Source of the DNA: a virus
Lineage: Duplodnaviria; Caudoviricetes
IMG/VR virus record: IMGVR_UViG_3300020137_000003
Span: 1-44,424 of that record
Length of the DNA stretch: 44,424 nt
Direction: 5' to 3' (one strand)
Within the stretch, counting starts at the first letter, position 1. Each line of letters opens with the position of its first letter. The notes beneath the pieces are model-generated. The model saw only the letters and a list, made by a program, of their open reading frames with translations, searched no databases and was not told where the DNA came from. Position numbers and translations under genes: made by a program. This document shows, in pieces, positions 35,776 to 44,134 of the stretch.

Positions 35776-35804
35776 AGGGTATGGGCCCCCCGCCGTCCGG
35801 TCAA
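35776..35804 (-). promoter_or_regulatory. SigA-type promoter TTGACC-N17-TACCCT
   Basis: hexamers at 35799-35804 and 35776-35781. Confidence 0.7.
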
Positions 35805-35805
35805 G

Positions 35806-36048
35806 TCACTTGGCCTTCTTGAAGGTTGCGAAGTCAAGCGACAGGTCGATCGCTGGATAAATTTCATCCACAACAGGCTTGATTGCCTGTGTCAAGAGAC
35901 TCAGGGTGCTGGTCCCCTGGTTGTGGTCTCGGACCACGTCATCGTAGATCGGAGTCTCTCCGTGAGGCATCTTCGGAGCACAAATCTCCGAAGTAAGCCA
36001 ACACCTTTCCTCAGGAGAAAGAGGGACAGTAGCAACGGTAGTAATCAT
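35806..36048 (-). CDS. hypothetical protein
   Basis: GGAG SD; ATGA overlap. Confidence 0.65.
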   Translation of the reverse strand: MITTVATVPLSPEERCWLTSEICAPKMPHGETPIYDDVVRDHNQGTSTLSLLTQAIKPVVDEIYPAIDLSLDFATFKKAK

Positions 36049-36476
36049 CGCGGAGGCTCCACGTCGTGCACGTCCGTAATATCCCACGACGTGTGCAGAA
36101 TGTTACCGGTAATCTGGGTGGATGTAACATATCGAAGCATACCTAGATCCTCCGTATTGATTACGAAAACAGTCTGATTCGGGCAGCCACGAACGGTTGC
36201 CTTAAATCGAGTGCCAGCAAGGGTCGGCGCAGGAATTTGCGGCAATGCCTTGTGTGCGGACTTGTGTGCGCGCACCTTAGCAGTGCGAAGTACAACTGGC
36301 ATGTCTCGATTAAAGACAACGAAACCCGCCACAATAACGGATTGTCCCAACCCCCCACCTTCGACAACTTGCCAGCCCTTAATCTTTATCCAGGTGTTTT
36401 GACCAATGCTCCTAAAAGACAGCTTTACCTTATCACCTGGCCGAATCTTGGTGTAGTCAATCTCTTGCTTGCTCAT
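36045..36476 (-). CDS. hypothetical protein
   Basis: AAGGA SD and ATG 36476. Confidence 0.7.
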   Translation of the reverse strand: MSKQEIDYTKIRPGDKVKLSFRSIGQNTWIKIKGWQVVEGGGLGQSVIVAGFVVFNRDMPVVLRTAKVRAHKSAHKALPQIPAPTLAGTRFKATVRGCPNQTVFVINTEDLGMLRYVTSTQITGNILHTSWDITDVHDVEPPR

Positions 36477-36477
36477 T

Positions 36478-36753
36478 TCAGTTTCCTTCCTTCTTCCAAT
36501 CATAAGGTTCGTCAGACTTCTTGGCAGTGTCAGCGAACTCCTGACGAAGTTGCCTTAGAACTTCGTCAGCAGTCTCTTGGAGATCCTGAAGTTCCTCGGT
36601 AACGAGATTCCACTCACCCTCGCTACGAGCCTTCCTTTCACTTCGTCGCACTCGTCGGGTATCCAGAGTGTCTGCCACAATCGTGATACCCAAGTAAAGA
36701 GCCACTCCAATAAGGATGCCCGCAAAAAAGGAGTCCACGTCGATGTTCATCAC
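36478..36753 (-). CDS. single-TM membrane protein with coiled coil
   Basis: FFAGILIGVALYLGITIVA helix. Confidence 0.7.
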   Translation of the reverse strand: MMNIDVDSFFAGILIGVALYLGITIVADTLDTRRVRRSERKARSEGEWNLVTEELQDLQETADEVLRQLRQEFADTAKKSDEPYDWKKEGN

Positions 36754-38927
36754 TTTCCCTTTCGTCCACGAAGTTGCTTGAGAAGTTCTTCCTTGAGAAC
36801 GTCGGCCCCCTCTTCAAAGCCGTTGATGAGATTAGCCTTGTCGCTAATCAGAGAGTTCATCCACTGGTCGATCGAGTCAGGAATCTCGATGATGTGAACA
36901 AACGTGGTCTCGGTCTGCCCAATTCGGTGCGTGCGAGCAAGTGCCTGGTTTTCCTTACCAGGGTTCCATTCCCTGTCGAGAATAATCGTGTGCACCGCAG
37001 CAGTAAGATTCAGGCCAGTGCCGCCAGTCTTGTAGTTGGCAAGCACAACATCCCACTTCTTCTGCTCTCCCAACTTCCTATCGAAGTTTCGGCGCACTTC
37101 CGCGCGAAGATCATCGGAAGTCTGCCCGTCGAAAACGACAGAGAAGATCGGGTCGCCTTCATCATTCTTCGACAGGTTAATGCGGTTGTGAAGTTCACGA
37201 AGCGCAGTAGAGAACTGCGAGAACACAACAACTCGCTCGCCGCGTGCCGTGAATTCCTTGATGAGTTCGGCAGCCTTATCAAGCTTGACCGACTCCTGAA
37301 CATCCTCCCCAACGGACCAAAGAATCTCACCCGCCCGAGGGTTAGGAATATCCGTCGGGAAACCGTTCTCGTCAATGAGGTACTTCGGCTCCTTCATCGA
37401 AATGCCCCCAGGCCAAACACTCGCCTGGCGCTGTCGCGTGATAATAGCAATAAGCGCGACCATCGGAATACGACGATCAGAATCCAGCACAATCTCTGCG
37501 TCGTTGTCGATCATCTTCATGACCTCAATCTGCTTAGCGTATCGCTCAGGGTCAAGTTCAACCTGGTGAACGATAGGCTTCTGAGGCGGAAGAATAATTC
37601 CCGCATCCGCAATCTTGCGCGACAGGAAACGGCCCGAAAGACGCTTGAACAGAGAGTCCACACCGCCAGGTGCAAAAACCCACTTACCCGTGGCGTAGTC
37701 CATGCTTGCGTAGCGGTTGAGGAAATCGTTTCGGCTACGGAAAGTAACCGGGTCGATGATTTCAAGCAAAGAGAACAGGTCGTCGGGCTTGTTGAGAATC
37801 GTGGTGCCCGACATAAGAATGACGTTCTTTACGCTGCGGCAGAACCAGTAAGCGTCCTGGAATTGTGCCCCGCCGTGGCCGTAAGATGCTCCCTTGGAAT
37901 ACCCGCACGCAGGACAATTAACAGCGGCAGTCTCGATACCAATGTTGCACGTTGGGCACCAGTTAATTGCATGGGCAATATCCTTCACGCCCTTAAAAGC
38001 GCTCGTGCTGGCATTCTTCATCGTGTGCGCCTCGTCACAGATAAGCATGTCGAAAAACATGTCCTGCAAACCAGTGATGAGGGAGTAATCCCGGCGCCAC
38101 GCCTCGTAGTTCACCACGACGATAAACTCGTCGAGCATCTTGAGCGCGGAAAGAATTGCAGCGCGCCCAATCTTCGTCTCACCCTTGAGAGTAACGACAG
38201 CACGGTGCGGTGCCCACGAATGAATCTCGTCAACAAAGTTGCCCGTAATGTCAGCAGGCGTGATGATGAGAATGCGCTTTGCGCAGACAACATCTGCGGA
38301 ACCAATTGCCGACAGAGTCTTGCCAAGACCCATTTCGTCGCCAAGAATAACTCGCTGACCAGCAGCAACAAAACGCATAGCGTCCCACTGGTGCTGCATA
38401 GCCTTAAGGCCGTTGGGCATACCCGTGAACCAGGTAAACTTCTTTGCCCGCGCCTCAAGTTCGTCCGACAGAAGGTCCATGGCGTGAGTCTTGTTGAGGT
38501 CATGGACCAAAGTCTTGGCAGCCTCAATCTTGCCCTTAACTTCACGGCCTGCACGATTCATCTTAGTACGCACGTCAAAAGCCTCGTGAGCCTTATCCGT
38601 GCGCGCCCGCTTGAGCGCTGCAAGTTGGCGCTCCATCTCCAAGATTTCAGAGTCAAGCTTGGAAACTTCTGCGTTGACTTCCTGGTACTCAACTTCTGCT
38701 TTGGCAAGAATCGACTCTGCCTCAAGAACTGATGCAGCGGAGGCCAGAACTTCCTCGTCGTTTCGAGCCTGCTCAGAAATCTCGCCAAAGATGCGGTTAA
38801 CATCCTCGTCCGAGATTTCAAAGGGAGTTGCCAGAATCTCGTCAGACTTCTGCTGGGCCTGCGAAACTTCCTCCTTGTTTGGCGCATCTCCGAATGAGAA
38901 ATCAAAGTTGAAGTCTCCGAGATTCAT
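36750..38927 (-). CDS. SNF2-family helicase
   Basis: GDEMGLGKT, DEAH, SGT, VVFSQF, GTGLNL, WNP...QALARTHRIGQ; N-terminal coiled coil; CxxC..CxxC insert. Confidence 0.92.
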   Translation of the reverse strand: MNLGDFNFDFSFGDAPNKEEVSQAQQKSDEILATPFEISDEDVNRIFGEISEQARNDEEVLASAASVLEAESILAKAEVEYQEVNAEVSKLDSEILEMERQLAALKRARTDKAHEAFDVRTKMNRAGREVKGKIEAAKTLVHDLNKTHAMDLLSDELEARAKKFTWFTGMPNGLKAMQHQWDAMRFVAAGQRVILGDEMGLGKTLSAIGSADVVCAKRILIITPADITGNFVDEIHSWAPHRAVVTLKGETKIGRAAILSALKMLDEFIVVVNYEAWRRDYSLITGLQDMFFDMLICDEAHTMKNASTSAFKGVKDIAHAINWCPTCNIGIETAAVNCPACGYSKGASYGHGGAQFQDAYWFCRSVKNVILMSGTTILNKPDDLFSLLEIIDPVTFRSRNDFLNRYASMDYATGKWVFAPGGVDSLFKRLSGRFLSRKIADAGIILPPQKPIVHQVELDPERYAKQIEVMKMIDNDAEIVLDSDRRIPMVALIAIITRQRQASVWPGGISMKEPKYLIDENGFPTDIPNPRAGEILWSVGEDVQESVKLDKAAELIKEFTARGERVVVFSQFSTALRELHNRINLSKNDEGDPIFSVVFDGQTSDDLRAEVRRNFDRKLGEQKKWDVVLANYKTGGTGLNLTAAVHTIILDREWNPGKENQALARTHRIGQTETTFVHIIEIPDSIDQWMNSLISDKANLINGFEEGADVLKEELLKQLRGRKGK

Positions 38928-38959
38928 GGTACTTTCTCTTTTCGTTGACGTGACTCTAC

Positions 38960-38989
38960 ATTGTACCATACTACTGGATTGGTTGTCAA
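38960..38989 (-). promoter_or_regulatory. SigA-type promoter TTGACA-N18-TACAAT, extended -10
   Basis: near-consensus; TTGACAACCAA is shared with the whiB promoter. Confidence 0.8.
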
Positions 38990-39003
38990 GCCCTGCTTTT
39001 TAC

Positions 39004-39363
39004 TTAGAACATCCAGTAAAAAGCAGAGTTCGGCACGTCCTTGTGATCGTCGCAAACGTAGATCACGAATGTCTCAGACTCTTCTCCGTCAGGAACTCGA
39101 ATCTTTCGCTTGCTCGTTGCAAGATTGATGCACGATCGGAATTCTTGGTAGCCCATGAGATCCTTTGTCTCGGCGTAGTAATCGCACATAGGTGATCCTG
39201 CAAGCCCGCTTGCGATGATTTCCGTAATCTCGTTCTGAATCTTGTCTACGTCAACCACTTGTCTCAACTCCGTTCCAACTTCCGTCGCAGTAAACGCTCC
39301 CCTGATTGAAAAGAAGTTCACAGTTTCCAAAAACCCCCTCCAAATTCCATGCAGTTCTTCCAT
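39004..39363 (-). CDS. hypothetical protein
   Basis: 119-aa ORF with ATG start and weak AGGA SD. Confidence 0.65.
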   Translation of the reverse strand: MEELHGIWRGFLETVNFFSIRGAFTATEVGTELRQVVDVDKIQNEITEIIASGLAGSPMCDYYAETKDLMGYQEFRSCINLATSKRKIRVPDGEESETFVIYVCDDHKDVPNSAFYWMF

Positions 39364-39511
39364 GCGAATTTTCCTGGGAATTTAGAACCTCCTTTCTTGT
39401 TGGCCCGAACTTTGTACTACTCTGCGACAGTGCAGAGAATAGCAGCATGAAGACCACTGCCACCAAAAGCCAGAGCACAATATAGACCATGGCAGGAAGA
39501 AGCTTCTTCAC
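39251..39511 (-). CDS. small membrane protein
   Basis: GTGA overlap start; hydrophobic N-terminal helix; tail overlaps the next gene. Confidence 0.45.
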   Translation of the reverse strand: MKKLLPAMVYIVLWLLVAVVFMLLFSALSQSSTKFGPTRKEVLNSQENSHGRTAWNLEGVFGNCELLFNQGSVYCDGSWNGVETSG

Positions 39512-39828
39512 CACTTCTCACAATCCGGGTCGCCACAGGTAGGGCAGGCCGACCTGTACTCGCCATAAATATAGTCGTAGTAAGACTCTTCGTAGTCCTG
39601 GTCTGCCAAACGGTTCACAAGATTGAAGCCCGCCTGGTCCGCAGCACGTGCAGCCTTATACGTTGGCCCTCCCGCAATAAAAAATGGGACGTATCCTTCT
39701 GCACGATCCAGAAGCAACTGCTCGAAAGTCCTGGGAGGGTTAACAGGTCCTCCCCCGACAGTAATGTTTTCCTTGCCCGGGTAGTAGAAAGCCTTCGTGA
39801 TAAAAGCCTTGCTCTCGAAAAGGTACAT
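39508..39828 (-). CDS. hypothetical protein with C-terminal CPTC..C
   Basis: GGAGGT SD and ATG 39828. Confidence 0.7.
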   Translation of the reverse strand: MYLFESKAFITKAFYYPGKENITVGGGPVNPPRTFEQLLLDRAEGYVPFFIAGGPTYKAARAADQAGFNLVNRLADQDYEESYYDYIYGEYRSACPTCGDPDCEKW

Positions 39829-39829
39829 C

Positions 39830-40246
39830 TCAGTCAACCTCCCAGGAAACAATATCGCGGTCCTTAACGTACCTAATCCTTGCGGACTCGGATGCAGACT
39901 CAGCGTCAAACAGAACCCAACTGTCCCATCCACTGTCAAAGGCGTCAATACGAATTCCGAAAGTGTAAAAAGCATCCTCACCTTCCTCACCCACAATCTT
40001 GACGTTACGAATAGTCGAGAGCGTGCCCTCAGGAAGAAGTCTCTCGTGATAAAGATAGAACTGCACATAGCGCTTGTCGTGCACATAGCGCTCGTCGTCC
40101 GAGTTTGCTAGCCTGCTAAGTGTACGCCCCGCAACAATAGGAGTTCCCTTCGAATCAAACCTTACCGGTCCGGAATACTCGTCACCATTGAACTCCCAGG
40201 TAACATTGTCGCCGTCCTTAAGCGCATCGAAGTCGACAATCTTCAT
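39830..40246 (-). CDS. hypothetical protein
   Basis: GGAG SD and ATG 40246. Confidence 0.75.
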   Translation of the reverse strand: MKIVDFDALKDGDNVTWEFNGDEYSGPVRFDSKGTPIVAGRTLSRLANSDDERYVHDKRYVQFYLYHERLLPEGTLSTIRNVKIVGEEGEDAFYTFGIRIDAFDSGWDSWVLFDAESASESARIRYVKDRDIVSWEVD

Positions 40247-40247
40247 T

Positions 40248-40892
40248 TTACTCTCCAATCACAATGGTCTTGTTTTGCAGTGCGACAGTGATGCCGTGGA
40301 AAACTCCGGCAATCTGTTCTGGCGTCCGCGCGCCAGAGATAGCAGCGTTCAGGATAGGGACAATCCCCTGGACTACGAATTCCTCCATGTTAGTGTAGGA
40401 GGAAGGTCCCTGCTCAAAAGTCTTTGCAATAAACTCTCCGTCCTTAATGAGTTGCCGGGCAACCTTGTCAATTCCCATGCCTGTCGGGATAACTTCCATG
40501 GGGCCTGCTTCTGCCCCATTTCTTGCTGCTCCATTTCTTGCTACGCTAAGTGCTACTCCCGCGACAGTAGTACTTCCCGCGACAGAAGTCTCTACTTCCT
40601 TAAGCCACGGCCCGCTTCCGGGATAGGTGTCAGGGTATTCCGGGGGAAAGTTTTCGAAGTCGTAGAAGATGCCGCTAACCTTGGACTCGAAAAGTGCATA
40701 CACAAACCCGGGTCGCTTAATCAACTTAAGTACCTGGTTATAGGAAATGCCTGTGCCTCGGCTAATTGCATAGGCCGAGGTTGTGTTGTGTCGAGAGATG
40801 TAATTGTTCTCAACAAGAAATGCTGAAATCTTCTTGAGGTTGGGAAGCGCGGCGGGATGTGGCTGCGCGACGGGAGGCCAATATGTTGGCAT
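40248..40892 (-). CDS. hypothetical protein, possible N-terminal winged HTH
   Basis: TSAYAISRGTGISYNQVLKLI HTH-like segment. Confidence 0.65.
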   Translation of the reverse strand: MPTYWPPVAQPHPAALPNLKKISAFLVENNYISRHNTTSAYAISRGTGISYNQVLKLIKRPGFVYALFESKVSGIFYDFENFPPEYPDTYPGSGPWLKEVETSVAGSTTVAGVALSVARNGAARNGAEAGPMEVIPTGMGIDKVARQLIKDGEFIAKTFEQGPSSYTNMEEFVVQGIVPILNAAISGARTPEQIAGVFHGITVALQNKTIVIGE

Positions 40893-40897
40893 GTTAG

Positions 40898-41260
40898 TTA
40901 CCCCTTCGTCTGGTAGACAGGGTTCAATCCGGGAAGAGTTGTAGCCCAGAACAGCAGCATTTCGAGATTTGCCCTGTCGGAACGGTTTAGGCCAGGCATG
41001 CTGCAGCGGATATCGTCAACGAGGGCATAGAAATCAACCTCTTGTCCTCGTGATAGGCGTCCGATAACTTCTCCCGGTCCGGCAGGGGATGCAAACAACG
41101 CTGCAATGGCACGCGCAGTGCTGGCATCAATCATGTGCGTTCCGATAGATTCGCGGAACATTTGAATGCCATCGTCCGCGTCAGTAATTCTCGCCATGGG
41201 CTCTGTAATCTGCACCGTCATGGAGGCTTGCGTCTTTGTAATCTTCATTGTAATCTTCAT
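40898..41260 (-). CDS. hypothetical protein, paralogue of 41287..41592
   Basis: shared ITEP.A, STARA.AA, LSRG.EV.F, L..WA. Confidence 0.7.
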   Translation of the reverse strand: MKITMKITKTQASMTVQITEPMARITDADDGIQMFRESIGTHMIDASTARAIAALFASPAGPGEVIGRLSRGQEVDFYALVDDIRCSMPGLNRSDRANLEMLLFWATTLPGLNPVYQTKG

Positions 41261-41286
41261 TTCAGTTATCTCTTACTCTTTGAGTG

Positions 41287-41592
41287 TCAGAGGATGTCAT
41301 AGGGCGTCTTGCTTACTGCCCAAGTTGTCAGCACGGCGAGCTGAAAACTGTCGTACTTGTTCTCGTTTTCGGTCCTGGTTATGCAGTGGCTAATGTCTTC
41401 CAGAATGTCGTCGAAGTAAACTTCCTCTCCCCGAGATAGTGCCTGCAGAAAAACCTCGTCGTATGTGGCTGCCAATGCACGTGCAGTGCTGTCCTGAATC
41501 TCTGCATAGGCGTCGTTTTTGACGCGAAGAATGTCCTGCACGACAAAGTCGTCAGGCGCAACGGGCTCGGTAATTCGGATCTTCACTTGCAT
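41287..41592 (-). CDS. hypothetical protein, paralogue of 40898..41260
   Basis: same shared motifs; GAGGG SD. Confidence 0.7.
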   Translation of the reverse strand: MQVKIRITEPVAPDDFVVQDILRVKNDAYAEIQDSTARALAATYDEVFLQALSRGEEVYFDDILEDISHCITRTENENKYDSFQLAVLTTWAVSKTPYDIL

Positions 41593-41630
41593 GATGTGGC
41601 CCTCTCTTGAAATGGAAATGGAAATGGAGA

Positions 41631-41664
41631 AGTGCGGGGCAGACTACTTTGTCTGCCCCGCACT
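41631..41664. terminator. 14-bp hairpin (terminator or processing site)
   Basis: AGTGCGGGGCAGAC / GTCTGCCCCGCACT. Confidence 0.6.
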
Positions 41665-41669
41665 ATTTG

Positions 41670-42014
41670 TCACCAGGACGGCATACGGTATGCGTCGTGG
41701 CGGTGGTCCTCGAAAACCATGGCGTCCCATGCGTCAACGTTGCGCGACAGAGAGCGAATCTTCTGCCGGTCCTTTCGACGCTTGGCCTTCTCGATGTCGC
41801 GAATGTACTGGGAGTCAGCACGGGGCCGGGAAAGAATCTTAGCGGTCTCGTGCCAGTCCAAAGTGAGGTGGCAGCAGTCCCATGCCGAAATCTTCTGCGG
41901 CTTCTGCGAACTCACAATGTCGCAGGTGTGGTGGCCGTCCCTGGAAATGTGGTACTCGTGGCCGTTGCGAAAAGCCTGCACTCGAAACGGGTCGGTCTTG
42001 AAGGTGCGGGACAA
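41670..42014 (-). CDS. basic His/Cys-containing hypothetical protein
   Basis: AGGAG SD, TTG start; MSRT.KT.P...H..CD pattern. Confidence 0.7.
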   Translation of the reverse strand: MSRTFKTDPFRVQAFRNGHEYHISRDGHHTCDIVSSQKPQKISAWDCCHLTLDWHETAKILSRPRADSQYIRDIEKAKRRKDRQKIRSLSRNVDAWDAMVFEDHRHDAYRMPSW

Positions 42015-42759
42015 TTCTCTCTCCTGTTCCTCGTGTGGGTAAATGCAGGACTGACAAACTTAGCAGCACACAATTTCTATGCAGAAGTTGCGTAGCACTA
42101 GGCTTGACAGATTGCCACTAGGCGCTTGACAAGGATTGGTTTGTTGGTGGGGAGCAAGGGCGATATTGCGATATGGGTCGTGGAAGGTAAAATGCAGGTA
42201 AATTCTTAGGAAATTTAGGGCAAAATAGAAGTGGGGTGTAGTCTATGTGTATCTGTCTGTATATACATGTGGGTGAGGGACTATGGACCATACGGGTGTC
42301 CTAGGGACTATGCCCTAGTGGGTAGGTAGGGAGTGCACCCCTGTAGTGGGGTGTGGGGGGCGGAGGGTGCGTTGTGCCTGGTCAGAGGCCCGAAGTGGGG
42401 TATAGTCTATGGGGTAGTGTATAGAGTACACCCTACTAGTACTGTATAGAGTACTAGTAGGGTAGGAGGTATGGTAGGTTCCCCTAGTCCTGGCCCCCCC
42501 CTCTAAGGGGGGGGGCCGGTCAGACTAGGGGAATCCTACGCGCGGCCCCGGGGGCAGAAAAATAAATATCGGCCTCGCTGAGACGACCCTTATCGGTTTT
42601 GTCGTGGCGAGGTGAAGAAACGATATTGCGTTAAGTTTAGGTTTTGAGTTTGATTTTTGAGTTTAGACTTTTAGGCTTGGGTCCCGAATCGACGATATTC
42701 CATGCAGCCTAAATGCAAATTGAATATGAATTGGCTGCTTTTGAATTCGTTGTGCGGAC
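42015..42759. other. about 750-bp non-coding, repeat- and palindrome-rich region (candidate origin or packaging/terminus region)
   Basis: no credible ORF; direct repeats 42228-42247 and 42392-42411; inverted repeats 42430-42463 and 42479-42533; G/T-skewed + strand. Confidence 0.55.
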
Positions 42760-42809
42760 ATGAGAAATGCCCCCCATTCCCTTTTCAGGAAATGAGGGGC
42801 ATTTCTCAT
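42760..42809 (-). terminator. terminator-like hairpin after 42817..43566
   Basis: 14-bp stem ATGAGAAATGCCCC / GGGGCATTTCTCAT. Confidence 0.65.
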
Positions 42810-42816
42810 TGGCTGA

Positions 42817-43566
42817 TCACTCGGATTCGGAATCCGAATCGGTCTCGGGCTTCGAATTTCCCGATGCCTTCGGAACGATCACAACCGTGACCGTCTCCTT
42901 TGCCTTGTTGACGACAGTGAAGGAAATCTCCTCTCCTGCCTTCGAAGAAAGGTCATCGGTCTCGGCGGCCTTAAAAGCAGCCTCCTTGAGCACGTCGATG
43001 TCGATGCCGATTCGCTGACCGAGAATCGTGAACGTCGGCTTGTCGATGTTCTCGCCATTGATCGACGCTTCCGCAAGCCGCGGCTTGCGCTTGCCGGTAC
43101 CAGTGGTGGTACCAGCAGAACCACGGAGCGAAACCATCTCCGCGATTCCCTCGTCGGCAAGGAACTTCGTCAGGGCATCAGCATCGCCACCGAGAACCGT
43201 CTTGATCGCCCCGCGAATCGCAGTGGCCTCCTGTCGCTTCGAAAGGAATTCCTTCTTAGCGGCCTCGACATCGAATGCCTCGCCCGACTCGACACTGTCG
43301 GCGACGATCTTCTCGGCACGGGCGGTAGCACCAGCCTTCGCTTCGGCGAGACGTGCCTGAGCCTCCGCAATCTGCGCAAGCCCCTTCTCGTTGAACTTTC
43401 GCCACGCGACAAGCTCCGGGTCGTCGGACGTCGTGAGAACGGCCGAAACCTTCTCTTCGGCCCCGCTCGTCTCGGCCTTGATGCGAACCGAAAGAGAATT
43501 CGCGGCCTCGACAATGGTCCGCAGAACCTCCACGAGAGGCTTTGCGAGAGTAGCAGCAGCGGACAT
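42817..43566 (-). CDS. early protein: coiled coil plus basic linker and small C-terminal domain
   Basis: AAAGGA SD; Ala/Glu/Lys helices, GTGKRKPRL basic patch (possibly DNA-binding). Confidence 0.8.
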   Translation of the reverse strand: MSAAATLAKPLVEVLRTIVEAANSLSVRIKAETSGAEEKVSAVLTTSDDPELVAWRKFNEKGLAQIAEAQARLAEAKAGATARAEKIVADSVESGEAFDVEAAKKEFLSKRQEATAIRGAIKTVLGGDADALTKFLADEGIAEMVSLRGSAGTTTGTGKRKPRLAEASINGENIDKPTFTILGQRIGIDIDVLKEAAFKAAETDDLSSKAGEEISFTVVNKAKETVTVVIVPKASGNSKPETDSDSESE

Positions 43567-43690
43567 TTTGTCCGTCCTTTCTAATGGGTGGAGAATCGGG
43601 ATGGGATTATCCCGATCCGATTGCGCGCAATATGGATGCCAAAAGGGCAGGTATTGCAGGAATGCGCGCGGTAATTCTCGCGGCCAATTT

Positions 43691-43713
43691 CACTGTGGAA
43701 TTCTCAAAATTCA
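43691..43713 (-). promoter_or_regulatory. rrn boxA-like antitermination element
   Basis: TGAATTTTGAGAATTCCACAGTG compared with the mycobacterial rrn leader as recalled (TGTTGTTTGAGAACTCAATAGTG): 17/23 by eye. Confidence 0.55.
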
Positions 43714-43781
43714 GGTGCGCACCGGGTTTACGAACTGACGCCGTACGCGCCGCTCAGGCGCGTACCGGTGGCCACGTGACT

Positions 43782-43790
43782 ACGGTACCA
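43782..43790 (-). promoter_or_regulatory. extended -10 promoter TGG-TACCGT
   Basis: precedes the structured leader of 42817..43566. Confidence 0.55.
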
Positions 43791-43892
43791 CACTTGCAGG
43801 GCAGTCCACAACCAAAGGGACGGGTCCGGGTCCACCCAATCTGTTTCCATGCGCCCTGAGAACGAGACTCGTTCTCATTAGCAGAGGGCACG

Positions 43893-43923
43893 AAAAAAGC
43901 CTCCCAGATCGGGAGGCTTTTTT
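43893..43923. terminator. bidirectional intrinsic terminator
   Basis: AAAAAAGCCTCCC-AGATC-GGGAGGCTTTTTT. Confidence 0.9.
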
Positions 43924-43933
43924 CTGCGGGCCG

Positions 43934-44134
43934 TCACCCCTCCGGCGGAATCCCGTAGGCCGCGAGGATGAGCGCCCCGACCTCCCGCTGTCGGTTGACG
44001 AACATGCGGAGCATGGGGTCGACGAACGTGGAATTGGGGTCCTCGCGCTTGAGGGCTGCGCATCGACGAATTGCTTCTGCGCAGTTTCCCATTTCGATGA
44101 GAAGGTCACGGCCGACGTACTCGAGGTCAGGCAT
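43934..44134 (-). CDS. hypothetical early protein, 66 aa
   Basis: GGAG SD and ATG 44134; own promoter (TGA-TATGCT, 44176-44184) and terminator. Confidence 0.75.
   Translation of the reverse strand: MPDLEYVGRDLLIEMGNCAEAIRRCAALKREDPNSTFVDPMLRMFVNRQREVGALILAAYGIPPEG

Noticed and set aside
36774-38732. 652-aa + strand ORF
   Set aside because: Antisense shadow of the SNF2 gene; no SD, no motifs, composition typical of reverse-frame codon bias
41609-41626. (GAAATG)x3 microrepeat
   Set aside because: Short intergenic repeat with no evident function
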